Shown here piece after piece: positions 13,048-26,500 of a stretch of 64,000 nt of DNA; position 1 is the first letter of the stretch, and each line of letters opens with the position of its first letter. Both the position numbers and the translations under genes were made by a program. Source of the DNA: Lophium mytilinum (Eukaryota); assembly GCA_010093605.1 (NCBI GenBank), contig MU004183.1:372001-436000 (forward strand), written 5' to 3'. The notes under the pieces were generated by a model. It was not told the origin of the DNA, did no database searches, and was given only the letters and a program-made list of their open reading frames with translations.

Positions 13048-14889
13048 GAAGCAACTGTCCGGCTCGTCGACGGTGGGTCTGGGCTTTGCGGAGAGGTCTT
13101 GACCGAGACGAGAAGGTGAGGTGAAGTCGTCGAGGCGCACGGACCGACTTCCACGTTTTGGACTGACGACATAGGATCCCGTTTAGTCGACCTTCTCGCT
13201 TCTGAGACTCCCATATTGCCTGTGACATAATTGAGAACTGTAAAGCGATGACTTTCGTAAGCCTGATAGCTCTCCGAACAACCCAGGACATTTTTGGACT
13301 GCTATTTTGTGTTCAAGGGAGCATATGAGTTTCTCAAAGACCACTACTACGCCCGTGAGATCAACTAGCACATCTCTAGTGTAGCTTATGAGGGCCTCTC
13401 GTTGCATGGAGAGCGAGAGTCTAGAGATCCCTTGAAGCAGTCAATCCACACGGTCACAAAGCATAACCATCATTGACGTTGTTCCATGAAAGCAAAGCCT
13501 GAATAGCCAACAGCTTTGGGTTTATCGAGGTTTATTTGGAGGACGCACAATCAGTAGTTAGCTTGTTCCGACCCAAGAGGCCTCGAGGAGATCAATTCCG
13601 CACCTGCCTACCTCGTACGTCCGCTCACTCAAGTGCCGTCCACCTATTCAGAAGCCGCAAGTGTGCCATCAATCTCGTCCTGATTGACAGCTTCATTCAA
13701 GATGCCCTTCAGCCGTTCGCTCAGTTCTGCTCAGAGTAGTAGTGTGTCGGTCCCATCTCGTGCTCGCTAAGGATGCCATGTCCCGTATCTTGGTTCCTGC
13801 GCTTGAGCAGCACCTCCCTCAACTCATTGCATTGGAATCGATCCCCTTCTCGATGTCGCAGAAGGATTCCAACGCCCCCCGTGAACATTACTTCTGGTTT
13901 GATGGGTATCGTGACAATACTTGACCGGAACCGGTTCACCTCCGCGAAGCCACTTGCTACGCAAGGTAATAGACTGTGGCTCGACACGGTAAATTGTACC
14001 CAGCTTCGGTTACTATTCTCCCTAAGACCAATGCCTTGTTCGAAGACCACACAGAAGTAAGCTGCGATGACGACGTAAACACCCTAGACAGTCCTTATTC
14101 AAACGTGCAGATACAATACCCCATCTCAGACCCCACGGGCCCAGTCAGTGTACGTCAAGTCGCAGTTTTGTGAGACGGTCTAGCGAGTTTGGCAGTTACC
14201 CATACCAATGAAGTCTATCTTTTTCCAACACTTGAACAATGCTGAGGAGCTTCAGGCAGCGGGATGCACATGAGAGATGTATGAGAGGAAATATCGAGAC
14301 GAGGAAACACATACACTTCTCAGCGTATATCGAACTTAGCTACATAATTTAATCCAGCCATCATCTGGTAATCAGAAGCATTAACGATGGAGTGATATCA
14401 AGCAAGCAGGCGCCTCCTTACTTTAAGCTCTTGATACTACCTGGACCCCGCGGATATCACTTCCGATCATCAAGTTAGCTTTCTCGCTAGGGGAAAGCCT
14501 TGCTCGACACACCCTGCCTTTAAGCTGCAGCTATGTAGCAACGAAAGAGAGGTTGACACCACCTAGTTGGTTTCTTTATCTAGACATACTGCTCACCTTC
14601 TAGAGGCGCCCTCTTTGATGGAAGGATAGTTCCGATAGACGCTCTTCGAGCATTCTATTCATTGATGTGATGGATCCTGTGAATGGATAGTGAATGCTGA
14701 TGAAAGGATGTAGGTTCTGGGATCGGAAAGGCGTCGTTGTCATCGGGGTCCCCTCTCCCCAGCCACCACCGCCACAGCTTCTAGCGAACCACCCGGCCGT
14801 CAGCTGCGCGCCGCGCAACATCATCCTTGGATCCTAGGATTCAACCTCGACTTGTTGTTACGCCCTCCTCGACCAATCTCAATACAACA

Positions 14890-17808
14890 ATGGCGTCGCC
14901 GCCGCCGGTAGAAGATCAGGCCCGCCTGCTTGAGGATGCGCTGGCCGTGGTGCGCCAACAGACTATGCTCATGCGGCGGTGCCTGGAGACACCGGGCAAG
15001 TTGATGGATGCCCTCAAATGCAGGTAGGGGACACTCCTCCACTTACTAGCAATACCGGAGCATGCTGACCGGCTACGTTTGCAGCTCGACTCTTGTTTCG
15101 GAACTACGGACGAGCAGTCTGGGCCCGAAGCAGTACTACGAGCTCTACATGGCTGTCTTCGATGCGCTCCGCCACCTCTCCGTCTACCTACGAGACAATC
15201 ACCCTGTAAACCACCTCGCCGACCTTTACGAACTGGTCCAATATGCTGGAAATATCATACCCCGACTGTATCTCATGATTACGGTCGGGACCGTCTACAT
15301 GGCCATTGAGGATGCGCCAGTCAAGGAGATCATGAAAGACATGATGGAAATGAGCCGCGGCGTCCAACATCCCATACGCGGTCTCTTCCTACGATACTAT
15401 CTCGCTGGCCAAGCCCGTGACCATCTGCCTACGGGGACAGGGGACGGACCGGAGGGGAACTTACAAGACTCGATTAGCTTCATCCTGACCAATTTCGTCG
15501 AAATGAACAAGCTTTGGGTACGGCTGCAGCATCAAGGACACTCCAGGGAGCGGGAACAACGGACAAAGGAGAGACAGGAGTTACAATTGCTCGTGGGGAG
15601 TAATCTCGTTAGACTGAGCCAGCTGGTCGATTTGGAGAATTACAAGAAGATCCTCAATCCACTGCTGGAGCAAGTCGTGCAATGTAGGGATGTTCTTGCA
15701 CAAGAGTACCTCCTAGAAGGTAGGTTTCTGCGCCAGAGGTACATCCTGAGGAGTTTGATACTAATTTGGCACAGTTGTAACACAGGTTTTCCCAGACGAA
15801 TACCACCTTCATACCCTTGACCAGTTCCTCTCGGCCACCGCTCGATTAAACCCCCACGTAAACGTCAAGGATATTGTCATTGGGCTCATGGACCGATTGT
15901 CCGCATACGCACTGCGAGAGTCGGAATCGGAGTCCCCTGAACAACGGACTAAAACAGAAGAAGAGGCTGTGAGCGCTTTGTTTGAGCGCTTACGGATAGC
16001 CAAGGAACAAAAAGAAGCGGAACCCCCGAAGCAACAAAATGGGGAGACCTCAGAGCCTACAGAAGATGGAGACGAGGCGTCACGAGCGTCGTCTGTAACG
16101 GCTGTTGCTCCCGCTTCCGAGGCCGACACGACAACAACAACAGCAGAGAGCGACGAGAATAAGTCTCGGGGCATACCAGACAGCGTCAAGCTGTTTGAGA
16201 TTTTCCACGAGCAGGTGGCTAGCTTGGTGAAGATGCAACGACTACCGATACAGGATACCATCGCGCTTCTAGTATCGCTGGCGAATCTCTCCCTGTAAGT
16301 CTGGCAGATTAACCCTAATTAAATCTTGCTAACATCTCGAAGGAATATCTACCCAGATCGCCTCGACTATGTGGACCAAGTTCTCTCGTTTGCTAACGAA
16401 AAAGTTGCTCAATTCGCCAACAGCGCCGATCTACACTCTCAAGCCACTCAAAGTCAAATCCTTAATCTTCTTCTCGCTCCCATAAAGACCTACATATCGC
16501 TGTTCACTGCGCTTGCGCTTCCGACTTTCATCCCACTTCTACATTCTCAACCGTACCCCACTCGACGAGCTGTGGCTGGCGAAGTTGCGCGGAGTCTGCT
16601 GAGAAACCAGACTCCTATTACTTCGGTCGAGAACCTCGAAAGCGTGTTGGAGATTCTAAAGGTCCTAATAAAAGAAGGCATCCAACAAGCGTCGGGATAT
16701 CCGGGCGGCCCAATCCAGAGAAAAGCCATGGAGACGGACGAGACCATAGAAGAGCAGGGGTGGCTTGCACGCATCACCCACCTAATAGAGGGCCCGGACA
16801 ACGACACCCAATTCAAACTCTTGCAAACTGCCCGCAAGTCCTTCGCCGATGGAAACGAGCGCGTCAAGTTCACGACTCCGGCACTCGCCACGGCATCGCT
16901 CAAACTCGCTCGTTCCCTCAAACGCCGAGAGCATCTCGACGACAGTTGGTCCTCTACTACGTCAGCCCTCTATAAGTTTCTTCATTCCACCCTCAGCACA
17001 CTATACACGCGCGTACCCGCCTCGGCAGACCTTTCTCTCCGGCTCTTCACGGCCTGTGGGCAGATCGCCGACCAGACCGGTCACGAGGAGGTTGCATACG
17101 AGTTCTTCGCACAGGCATTTACCATTTACGAGGAAGCCATCTCGGATAGCAGAGCACAGTTCCAGGCTGTGTGCGTCATCGCAGGCGCACTACACGGGAC
17201 AAGAGGCTTCGGAAAGGAGAACTATGACACCCTCATCACCAAGGCCGCTCTCCACGGAAGCAAGCTGCTCAAGAAGCCCGATCAGTGCCGTGCTGTTTAC
17301 TTGGCAAGCCATCTATGGTGGGCCACCGAGATTCGGGGGAGAGGAGAGGAAGATCCGAAAACAGTAAGTCATAAAAGCTGACACTAGCACGCCGTCACTC
17401 ATAGTTTGACCTGTGCTAACTTGACTAGTTGTATCGTGACGGCAAACGAGTCCTTGAGTGTCTCCAGCGCGCCCTCCGCGTCGCAGATGCATGTATGGAC
17501 GCCGCTGTTTCTGTGGAGCTATTTGTCGAGATTCTAAACCGCTATGTCTATTACTTTGATCAAGAGAACGAGGCTGTAAGTTTCTTCCTCCTCTCCATAT
17601 CAAATTTCTGTCTCTTTTCCCGGATTCTAGCTAACGTTCTACAAAGGTGACGACCAAATATCTGAACGGCCTCATCGAGCTGATCCACTCGAACCTCTCA
17701 TCAAACGAGTCAACGTCATCAGTCGAAAACCCTAAAAAGCATTTCCAGCGCACACTGGACTACATTGCGAGCCGGGAGTATGAGGGCGTTGTGACGGCGG
17801 CGAAGTAG
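14890..17808 (+). CDS. VPS35: Retromer cargo-recognition subunit Vps35
   Basis: [61 protein letters not shown] and [17 protein letters not shown]; 5 introns. Confidence 0.98.
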
Positions 17809-18560
17809 ACTCTGCTGAATTAGCGTGTTGCATGGAGGCGAAGAGGTAATGTGATTCCTGGTGCTGTTCTCTCTGTACTCATAGACCTCTGCTCAGCTAG
17901 GTGAGGCGGGCTGGAGGAGTGTAGTAACGCGAAGCGGGATAAGTTGTATGTATTGGAAATATCTATTAAGTCCCGCATCTTGTCCTCCCGTGATATGCAT
18001 GATCCCGTGAAGTCACGCATCAGTCGCCCAGGTCAGCAGTACAAATGCAGGGGCTTCGAGCACTTGGTAGCCATCATATGTGACATCTGCATGCGGATGT
18101 AGTGCATGTCGTAGAACCCTGTTACTGGGGAAGGGTTCACACTTCTGTTTTGGCCATCTTGGTGAAGGTAAAGTCTGTATCAAAACGGATGTAGAATGCT
18201 ACTGGGCACAAAGTGAGATGATCAGATCAGCATCTTTTACATTCACACCTCGGAGGTATCAATGTTGAGTCTGACAATGCCTGATGATGGCTCCTAGTAC
18301 CCATGCAAGCTACGTTACGATGAAGGTCTCGCGCACCTGCATCCTGCGAAGCTATCGCACGCTCATTCCAAATATACGTAGCATGCACCCCTCTAACCCA
18401 GCAACGGTCTCGCATGCTCTACCCTACCATCGAAATGACACCCCGTAGTCATGAGTGGCACATTGCAACAACCGAGAGATGAACCGCACGTCAACCAAAC
18501 GTATAAATCCCGCTCTCGACTGGCTTGCCCCAGCATCAACTCTCCCATAATCCCCTCATT

Positions 18561-19332
18561 ATGAAGTTTCCCTCTCTTTCCATGCTCTCCCTCCTGTTCG
18601 CTTGGTGCTCCGCAAGCACGATTCCGAGCACACCACGCGGGGACGATTCCCCCTTCGTTCTTATCACAACTAAAACGAGCGCCACCATGTTCAAAGCTGC
18701 TGACTATCCACCAGGCTCGGGAGTGCGTTACACCCTTTCCTACCCATCCCTTCCCGCAATCTACCCACGCTTCTGACAATCCATACTGGTTAGGTTTACA
18801 TGTGCCAGGACCCGAACTGGGGCGGATGCGTGGAAGCCCCTTTGCCCGACCTTAAGGAGCACCCGGACGCGTGGTGCGTTGGCATCACGGGGGCCTGGTA
18901 TGCTTTGATGCGCAACTACAGCGTTAATGAAAGAATCGCAGCATGGCATTAGGCTGACCAGGAATAGGGATAATTCAATTTCGGCGTTTGGACCGGATAA
19001 AGGGTTATTGTGTACGATTTGGGAGTAAGTAGATTCATTTTTGGGTGCGTTTACAGCGCGTAGTACCGTGGCTTGGGTTAGGGCCTGTAGCTGCGTTTGC
19101 AGTTGGGGTGGGAGTAACGGCAAAGATTGTGGACGGTAGAGCTAATGTGGTGTAGTGCGTCGGCATGTACTGGTGGAGGATACAATATCAGGTGGCCGGG
19201 AATTGCAGATCTGAGAACGGTTGGTGAGTTTGGGAGTGTACTTCTGTGTGAAATGGGCGATGGATCAAGACTGACGCTGGCATAGGCTGGGATGACAAGA
19301 TCTCGTCGTTCTGGTGTGTGGCGGACGTATAG
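18561..19332 (+). CDS. Small secreted Cys-containing beta/gamma-crystallin-like protein, paralog 1 (5 exons)
   Basis: Manual splicing: MKFPSLSMLSLLFAWCSA...YPPGSG|VYMCQDPNWGGC...WCVGITGAW|DNSISAFGPDKGLLCTIW|DASACTGGGYNIRWPGIADLRTV|GWDDKISSFWCVADV-stop; GT-AG introns with branch sites keep the frame. Confidence 0.8.
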
Positions 19333-19739
19333 TGTATGAGTAATGGACGTCCTGTGAGTTGTGTTACTCGCACAAAAAGGGAAGAGATGGCGACGCTGTG
19401 CTAGGTCAGGATCGTATGCTCTCATCTTTATTTCAATTTGCGGAAGGCGGTGCGTAATATGAGTCTTGTGATGGAAAAGGAAGAGATTGGAATGCTTATT
19501 TACACAGATTCGAGTTTAATGAAGGTCTTTTGGTCACAGCTGCTTGTACGTATGGCATGTGTGGTTTGCCCCCGCACTCACTTTGAAACTCGCGATATGC
19601 CATAGGCTGAAAAGACAAGTGAGACGCATCTCGACATTACAGGAAAAGACCGAATGTGATAGCTCTAAGAGACTCATAAAGCCCCCCTCGCCGCGCCCTT
19701 CAAGATAGTGACAGGCCAAAACTTCAACAGTCCACCATA

Positions 19740-20453
19740 ATGAAGATTTCCATTTTAATTACATTCCCGACTCTATCCACTATTCTCGGTCTCGCTTTCG
19801 CAGCCGCCATTCAGGAATTCGGAATGGCCACCTACACCATCAAGGGGACACCCTCAAACACCACCAGCGTGGAGGAAGTACCACCAGGCAGCGGAGTTCG
19901 CAGACCATAACCCCGCATATTACCACTCTGACTCTTGACGGCCTAGGTCTACTTCTGCCCTGATAAAGAGTGGGGCCATCTTGACCATCGCGAGAACCTC
20001 TGCGCCTGGATTTCAGCTAGGTATTTTGACGAGGGTGCTGCCATATGCATTAATTTCGTGGACGGCTAGTACGTTCATCAGTCTTGACCGGTCGGACAAG
20101 GAGGGCGCGGCGTATGCTAATATCTTTGAACCACTTTTAGTGACAACACTATTAGCTCATTTGGCCCGGATAGAGGGTTGAAGTGCACCGTGTATGAGTA
20201 AGTGGTCGGTTTTTTGCCTATTGGGGCGGTATCCCACGACTTTGCAAATAGATATTTGGAGTACTGGGAGCTGAATAACGACTAGTTTTTCTTATTGCAC
20301 GGGCCCGTCGCTAGACATTTGGTGGCCTGGGTATGCGGATATGTCTTGGAACGGTAAGATTCTTCTACTAGGTGATATATATGCGGTAGACGAGTTGACA
20401 CTGCATCAGGCTGGGATAACCGGGTATCGTCCTATAGATGTGCAGGGGCTTAA
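19740..20453 (+). CDS. Small secreted Cys-containing beta/gamma-crystallin-like protein, paralog 2 (5 exons)
   Basis: Manual splicing: MKISILITFPTLSTILGLAFA...VPPGSG|VYFCPDKEWG...ICINFVDGY|DNTISSFGPDRGLKCTVY|DFSYCTGPSLDIWWPGYADMSWN|GWDNRVSSYRCAGA-stop; same four intron positions and phases as paralog 1. Confidence 0.78.
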
Positions 20454-20543
20454 GAAGAGGAATGAAAAAAGGGTTTGGGAGACGTGACGGATATTCAAGT
20501 TCAGCTCTTGCGGGTATAAATGTATGGATTAGGCGTGCCACAT

Positions 20544-21306
20544 TTATATTTTGACGTCGAAGCTCGTCCCACACCCACAACTGCTTGTCGCTCCTGGTAT
20601 ACCTACTACTTTGAACTGACTTCCTATCAACTCCATGGTGTAATCCACCTTACTGCCCTTCAATAGCTCGAGACTCGATTCGTCTATCACCACCTTGGTG
20701 TCATGGGGTCCCGCAAATACTGTATCGTCTTCTGAAAGTGACTCGTCCTCGGAGGAAGACGATGTGGATTCGGGGAGAGAGGAAGGTATCTTGGTAAGGG
20801 ACATCAGGTATTGAAAGCCGTGACAACCTCCTGATTCGACGGTTATTCGTAATGCGAGGTTTGGGTTCGAGTCATTGGTCATTATTTGGTGCAGTCGCTG
20901 GAAGGAGTTAGTGATCGGGACTGTAGGAGAAACTAATAAGACACCGTTGGCTGACATTTGCTGCACGAGGAGTTATCTCAATGTCCATCTCTTCCCCGTT
21001 CTCATCCTTGCGTGGGTTGTGTATCGCCCTTTGGGGAGCGGGAGTGGTCGCAAAGCTGCGGCAGCCTGATTGTACAGCCTTTGACTGAGCAATCCTTGGC
21101 GACTGCAACGCTATCAATTGCCGTGACTTGTACGCTGGCGCGAGGAAGTCGAGATAAAGTGGTACTCCCGGGGTGGCGGCCGGAGGAGAGGTATATGATC
21201 GGGCTGGTAAGGATGGCCTCAGGAAGCGCGAGGAGGTACTAGACTTTAGCATGATTCTTCTCGCGCTCCGTAGACACGCGGCACACATTGTCGATGGAGA
21301 AGCCAT
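20544..21306 (-). CDS. ISA2: Mitochondrial iron-sulfur cluster assembly protein (A-type ISC, Isa2)
   Basis: LRITVESGGCHGFQY, VDYTMELIGSQF and SSCGCGTSF; Arg/Ser-rich presequence-like N-terminus; one intron. Confidence 0.93.
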
Positions 21307-21546
21307 TGTGGTTGAGGAGATGAGAGGAATATGAGGGGGTTTGGATGGCAACGAAGGAATGTTGTCGGATTGATCATCGGGGGGCGGAAGCGGTGGCAGA
21401 AATGGGCTTGGCAACGGCGCGGAGAAACCGCACCCCCCGCAAAACACGTGCCGATCTTGCTATCGTCGATCCATGACTGCCATCGCAAGCTTCTTCAGAC
21501 CTACCTCGCCTACGACTATCTACAGACTCTCCTTGTGAGGCCGGCA

Positions 21547-23135
21547 ATGCCTTACCGGATAGAGCCATTATTTGACACCAAGAACCCTGCCTTTGTTACC
21601 CTCGACTTCGCAGCCGCCCAAGATCAGAATGACCCCCTCAAGCACCTCCGAGACGAGTTTGTAATCCCGACAAAGGCGGATTTGAAGAGCGAACGATACG
21701 GACCTGCTACCGCTCATCCTACTGATGGCGATAGCTCAAAGAGCTTGGAAACATGTGTTTACATGTGTGGGAACTCGCTAGGTTTACAGCCTCGCCGAAC
21801 CTCCGAATACGTGAAGAAGTACCTGGATACGTGGGCCTCAAAAGGGGTATATGGACATTTCAAAGAACTGAAAGAGGGCCTACCGCCATGGCTACATATT
21901 GATGATGCTATCAAGGAGCAGACAGCTAAGATGGTGGGGGCTTTGCCTGGTGAAGTCGTGGTCATGGAGACGTTGACCGCGAACTTGCATCTCCTGATGG
22001 CCAGCTTCTACAAGCCGACGAAGGACAGGTACAAGATCATAATCGAGGGAAAAGCGTTTCCTAGCGATCACGTAAGTATACGCTCCGAGCCACGACAGCC
22101 ACTGGAATTCTGGGACTGAGACTGTTACAGTACGCAGCCCTGTCTCAACTCGCCCACCACAACATAGATCCCTCAGCCCTGATACAGATATCCCCGACCT
22201 GCTCCGACACTCCCTACCTGTCCACTGAACATATACTCTCAGTGATATCCCAGCATGGAGCTTCCACTGCGCTTCTTCTCCTCCCCGGAATCCAGTTCTA
22301 CAGCGGCCAATTCTTCGACATCGCCCTCATAACCCGCCACGCACAATCCCTAGGCATCACAGTCGGTTGGGACCTGGCCCACGCCGTCGGCAACGTTCCC
22401 CTGCACCTACACGACTGGAACGCTGACTTCGCTGCTTGGTGCAACTACAAGTACATGAACGGCGGCCCCGGCGTCATCGGCGGCCTCTTCGTCCACGAGC
22501 GCAACGGCCGTGTCGACAAAGTCTCCCTCCCCAACGGCAACAGCGCCGCCGAAGACCCAACCCAAAGCGAGGACCAGCTCGCCTTCCGTCCCCGTCTCAG
22601 CGGCTGGTGGGGCAGCGACAAGTCCGCCCGCTTCCGCATGGACAACAAATTCGTGCCCATCCCAGGCGCATCGGGGTTCCAGCTCTCGAATCCCTCCGCG
22701 CTCGACATGACGGCCGTCACGGCATCGCTAGATGTCTTCGCTATGACGGATATGGAAGCATTACGGGAGAAGAGCATCAAGCTGACCGCGTACCTCGAAG
22801 CCCGGCTCTTGAAGTACCCAGACGGCACGCCGCCGTACCGCATCATCACACCCTCCCAAGCAGGCGAGCGAGGCGCGCAACTGAGCGTCCTGCTCGAGCC
22901 AGGGATGCTAGACCAAATCATGGAGATCTTGGAAGAAGAAGGCGCAGTTGTCGATGAGCGGCGGCCGGACGTTATACGCGTGGCGCCGGCGCCACTGTAT
23001 AACTCCTTCGTCGATGTGCACCGATTCGTCATCATCTTCCAGGACGCCTGCCGAAAGGTCGTTGCTTCGCGGGCTTCGAAGAAGACTCCAGATACGGAGA
23101 GTGGGACGGCGGAAGTGGAGAACGGGGTCAGCTGA
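21547..23135 (+). CDS. BNA5: Kynureninase (PLP-dependent)
   Basis: YMCGNSLGLQP, TLTANLHLLMASFY, AFPSDHY, WDLAHAVGN, WCNYKYMNGGPG and IRVAPAPLYNSF; one intron. Confidence 0.96.
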
Positions 23136-23549
23136 AAGGTGTACGGCTTTCTTTGACTTCAAATCTCACACAGGCAAGCACCCCACGTGACCCCTGAGTC
23201 ATCTTTCACGCCCGCAAGCACCCATCATGACCGGCTGTAGGCCTCGGAAGAGCAGGAGCACATTCCTACGTATCATCTCACTAAGAGGTCCCAACTCACC
23301 CCCGTCGATGCACTTCGCATCTCTAATTCCTAGAGAATGTTCCATTGGTCCAATCTCCTTCCTTGATCCTGGAATAGGGGTCCGTAGATAGAACACGCGT
23401 AATACTCAAGACCATTACTATCACCACTACTCGCAGCTTCAACCTAACATGTCGTGAAAGGAGGATGAATGGAATGCTAAATGCTATTGAAAACGCCAGA
23501 CCCTACCCCAAAGCCCTCATACTCCAAAGATTACCCAAGCTCAACGCAC

Positions 23550-26500
23550 TCAAGCCCCTTTGATCGCAAACCCAAATAAACTATCCATCTGCACCCACTG
23601 CCTCCCATTCCGCTCCAGCCACCTCCCCACCACACCCTCCACCGTTCCAAATCGCTCACGATTCTGACTCGCCAGCACCTTAACCCGCGCTTTATCCGCT
23701 TCTAAGGATCCATTCTCCGTCTTGACACCACCCGCAGCCTCATCCGGCTTCACCGCCCTCTCCACGTCAAACAGACTCCGGAGATACAGCAACTGATTCC
23801 AGACGTCCTTCTCGGTATACTCCCACCCCATCTTGCCGCGACAGTCCGCCGCGAGGCCCTTGGGACCCAAGCAGCGGTGTCCATACACGCTCATCATGCG
23901 TGTCCGATTGCCGCAGTCCGCGTCGTCGCACACGAGCCAGCCGGCGTAGTAGCGGGCGAGGTGCTGCCGGATCGCAGACTCGACCTGAGCTGTGATGCTC
24001 AGAGTAGAGAGAACAGCTCCACAGGAAGTGTTTGCGCACTTGACGCCGTCCGCGCCAACGAGGCCGGCTTTGGCGGCGGCAGCGAGGCCGGGGTATTGGA
24101 ACACTGAGGTGCACGTGCGGCAGCGGAGGTGCAACGGGGCGCAGGCGTTGAAGCGTACCGAGTCGGGGATTTGGGACTCGAGGGGGTGGATTTCGGTTTC
24201 CTGAAAGCCGGAGGCGGAGGCGGAGGAGATGCGGTATTTGGAAGTATCAAGGCCGAGGCAGGCCGCGAGTTGTGTGATGTTAGTGCCTGGGATGGGTGCG
24301 CAGAGACGCTCGACAGGGGGGAGGATTTGTTTGTGGAGGTAGTAATCGATGTCTAGATGGTTTTATTAGTGTTGTGTGGAATTAATAACGAAGGTCTCTT
24401 ACCTGGCTTCAATCCCGAATCACTTTTTGCGACCTCGTCGATAGGGAACGCGTTCTTAGCCGCTTGCTCAGCAGACCCGCTGCTCTCGCCTGTGATGACG
24501 AAATTCATGACATCTTTGGCCTTGACGTGCTTGCCCTTGGCAATCTGTCTGAGCGCTACTTGAACGGACGGCATGCTGTTTCCATTGGGGTACTCTTTAG
24601 GATTCTTGCCCAACTGTGTGAAGATGGTGTACTTTTGGACGGGAACCTGGAAATCACGCATCTTCTGCGCGAGCACACGGAGATATTCGTGGATCTTCTC
24701 AATCACCACGTCGGGTTCGTCCCCAGAGAGAATGAAGTTGAGAAGCGCAGAGGATGTATCCTTGGACAGAGCGCAGTACTCCCTTCGTCGCATATCAAGA
24801 CCCTTGACTTCGAGCTTTTCGACAAATTTGCCGTCGATGTTGACCATGTTTATAGCAGCATACTTCTTCTTTGCGTGGAGCAAGAGACGGCGGAAGACAT
24901 TGTCGATATCGATTTCGAGTAGCGAATAACTGTTGTTGACGTCTCTCTTAAACTCGTTTCCAATCTTCATTGCTTCTTGCATGTTGTCTACGTTGGTGTT
25001 GATCATGACCGAGTCAGTATCACCATAGACAACGCGAAGCATCTTCTCTTCCGCCATTTCCTTGGTGCGCCGAAGAATTTCACGGCCCTTGTACGTCGTG
25101 AGCATGGCAAGAGGACGAGCGTAGAAGCGAGATTTCGTGTACCCCAAACAACCGTACATGGAGTTGGCGGTGAGCTTGAGCGCGAGCTGCTTGATGTCCC
25201 AAGTCGCAAGGTCGTCCGGAGAAGCGTTAGGGTCTTTCATGAGTTTCTTGACCTCTCGTCGACGATTGACCAGAGTCTTGATAAGCCTTGGTAGAACACC
25301 TTGCTCTTCGTCTTTGCTAGGCACTTCGGGAACCTTCTCGTCATCTTCAAGATCTGACCTGTCGACCGTCGTAAAGCAGATGTTGTACTCTTGGATGATG
25401 CTTGGGTACAAGCTGTTGAAGTCCATGACCAAGATGAACTTGTCATACAAGCCTTTCTCGGGCTCAAAGACAAGACCACCTTTGTACTTGTCTTTCTTCT
25501 TGGCATCTACGCCCTCTTCGCCTTCCGGGGTTTCCTCCTCGATCTTCTGCTTGCCTTTGCCCCAGACTTTGTCTGGACAAATGTACTTGTTTTTGTAGAA
25601 CTCATGTAGCAGAATGTACTCGTTACGTTCAGCTCTCGTACCGCTCAAGGTGCGAGCCCACGAGTTTCCGGCAAGATTCGTCAAGACCTTGGTAAGTGGG
25701 AGCATCTGAACTTTGAGGGAGATAGCCGCAATGAAGTAAGCATCGGCCATACAATGCTTGACGTAGCTTAAGAGCCCGTCGCGTGTTGTTGCCCATGTTT
25801 TGAGCACCGCTTCGTTGTCAAGTTCACGTCGAACTTTGCCTTTACCGAGGACCAGTTCACACATCTCGTCTAAACTCCACGATTGGCACTTTGTCATGAG
25901 CGACTGCAACGCGTTAGTATTGAGAAATGGAAACAGGACGTGTGTCTCACCTTTCCTAGATCATTGGCAAGATCACAAAGCAGTCTCCCTGAAGCTAGTT
26001 GCCTTTCGACGAAGAAGCTACCACCACCTTTCCCCATGTTCTTCGGCCAGTCGCTTCTCCGTAGTCGTCCAATCCTGTGCCATCCGGGGGTTTTCCTCTC
26101 TCTCATTCGGTTCAGCAAGACGCTGTAGTCGACATCATCGAGACGGTGGCCAATGATAACGTCGGGATCGTTTTTCTGGAGCATCGCCATGAACAAGCTC
26201 AAAACAGCCCCTTCAGTCCTTTCAAGACGAATGGTTCCACTTTGCTTGTCTACTTCGGCTTTAAACCCAGCAGGGAAGGACTCCCCGTTAGGACGCATGA
26301 CCGTGAAAGATTTGGCTTGAAGCTTGTCCGCCGGTGTGGTGTCTGACAAGGAAACGTTGTCGTAAAACATGGCGCTGATCATCAGAATCTCCTGCTTGTT
26401 GTCTTTGGCGTTGAAGGTAGTACGGATAGCCAGACTCATCAGGTTCAATGGCGGAACGTCTAGGTTGTCCGAGTTTCCCATGGTCGTGATCAAGTTGGGC

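Noticed and set aside
13536..14173. Protein-like fragments (EHYFWFDGYRD, ARHGKLYP)
   Set aside because: Possibly a pseudogene relic, but cannot be assigned without a homology search.
21331..21546. 72-aa upstream in-frame extension of the kynureninase ORF
   Set aside because: Spans the 240-bp ISA2/kynureninase bidirectional promoter and does not resemble kynureninase; ATG 21547 preferred.
22436..23035. Long alternative-frame and antisense ORFs over kynureninase (and similarly over POL1, BCAT, FAS)
   Set aside because: Shadow ORFs expected from GC-rich codon usage.
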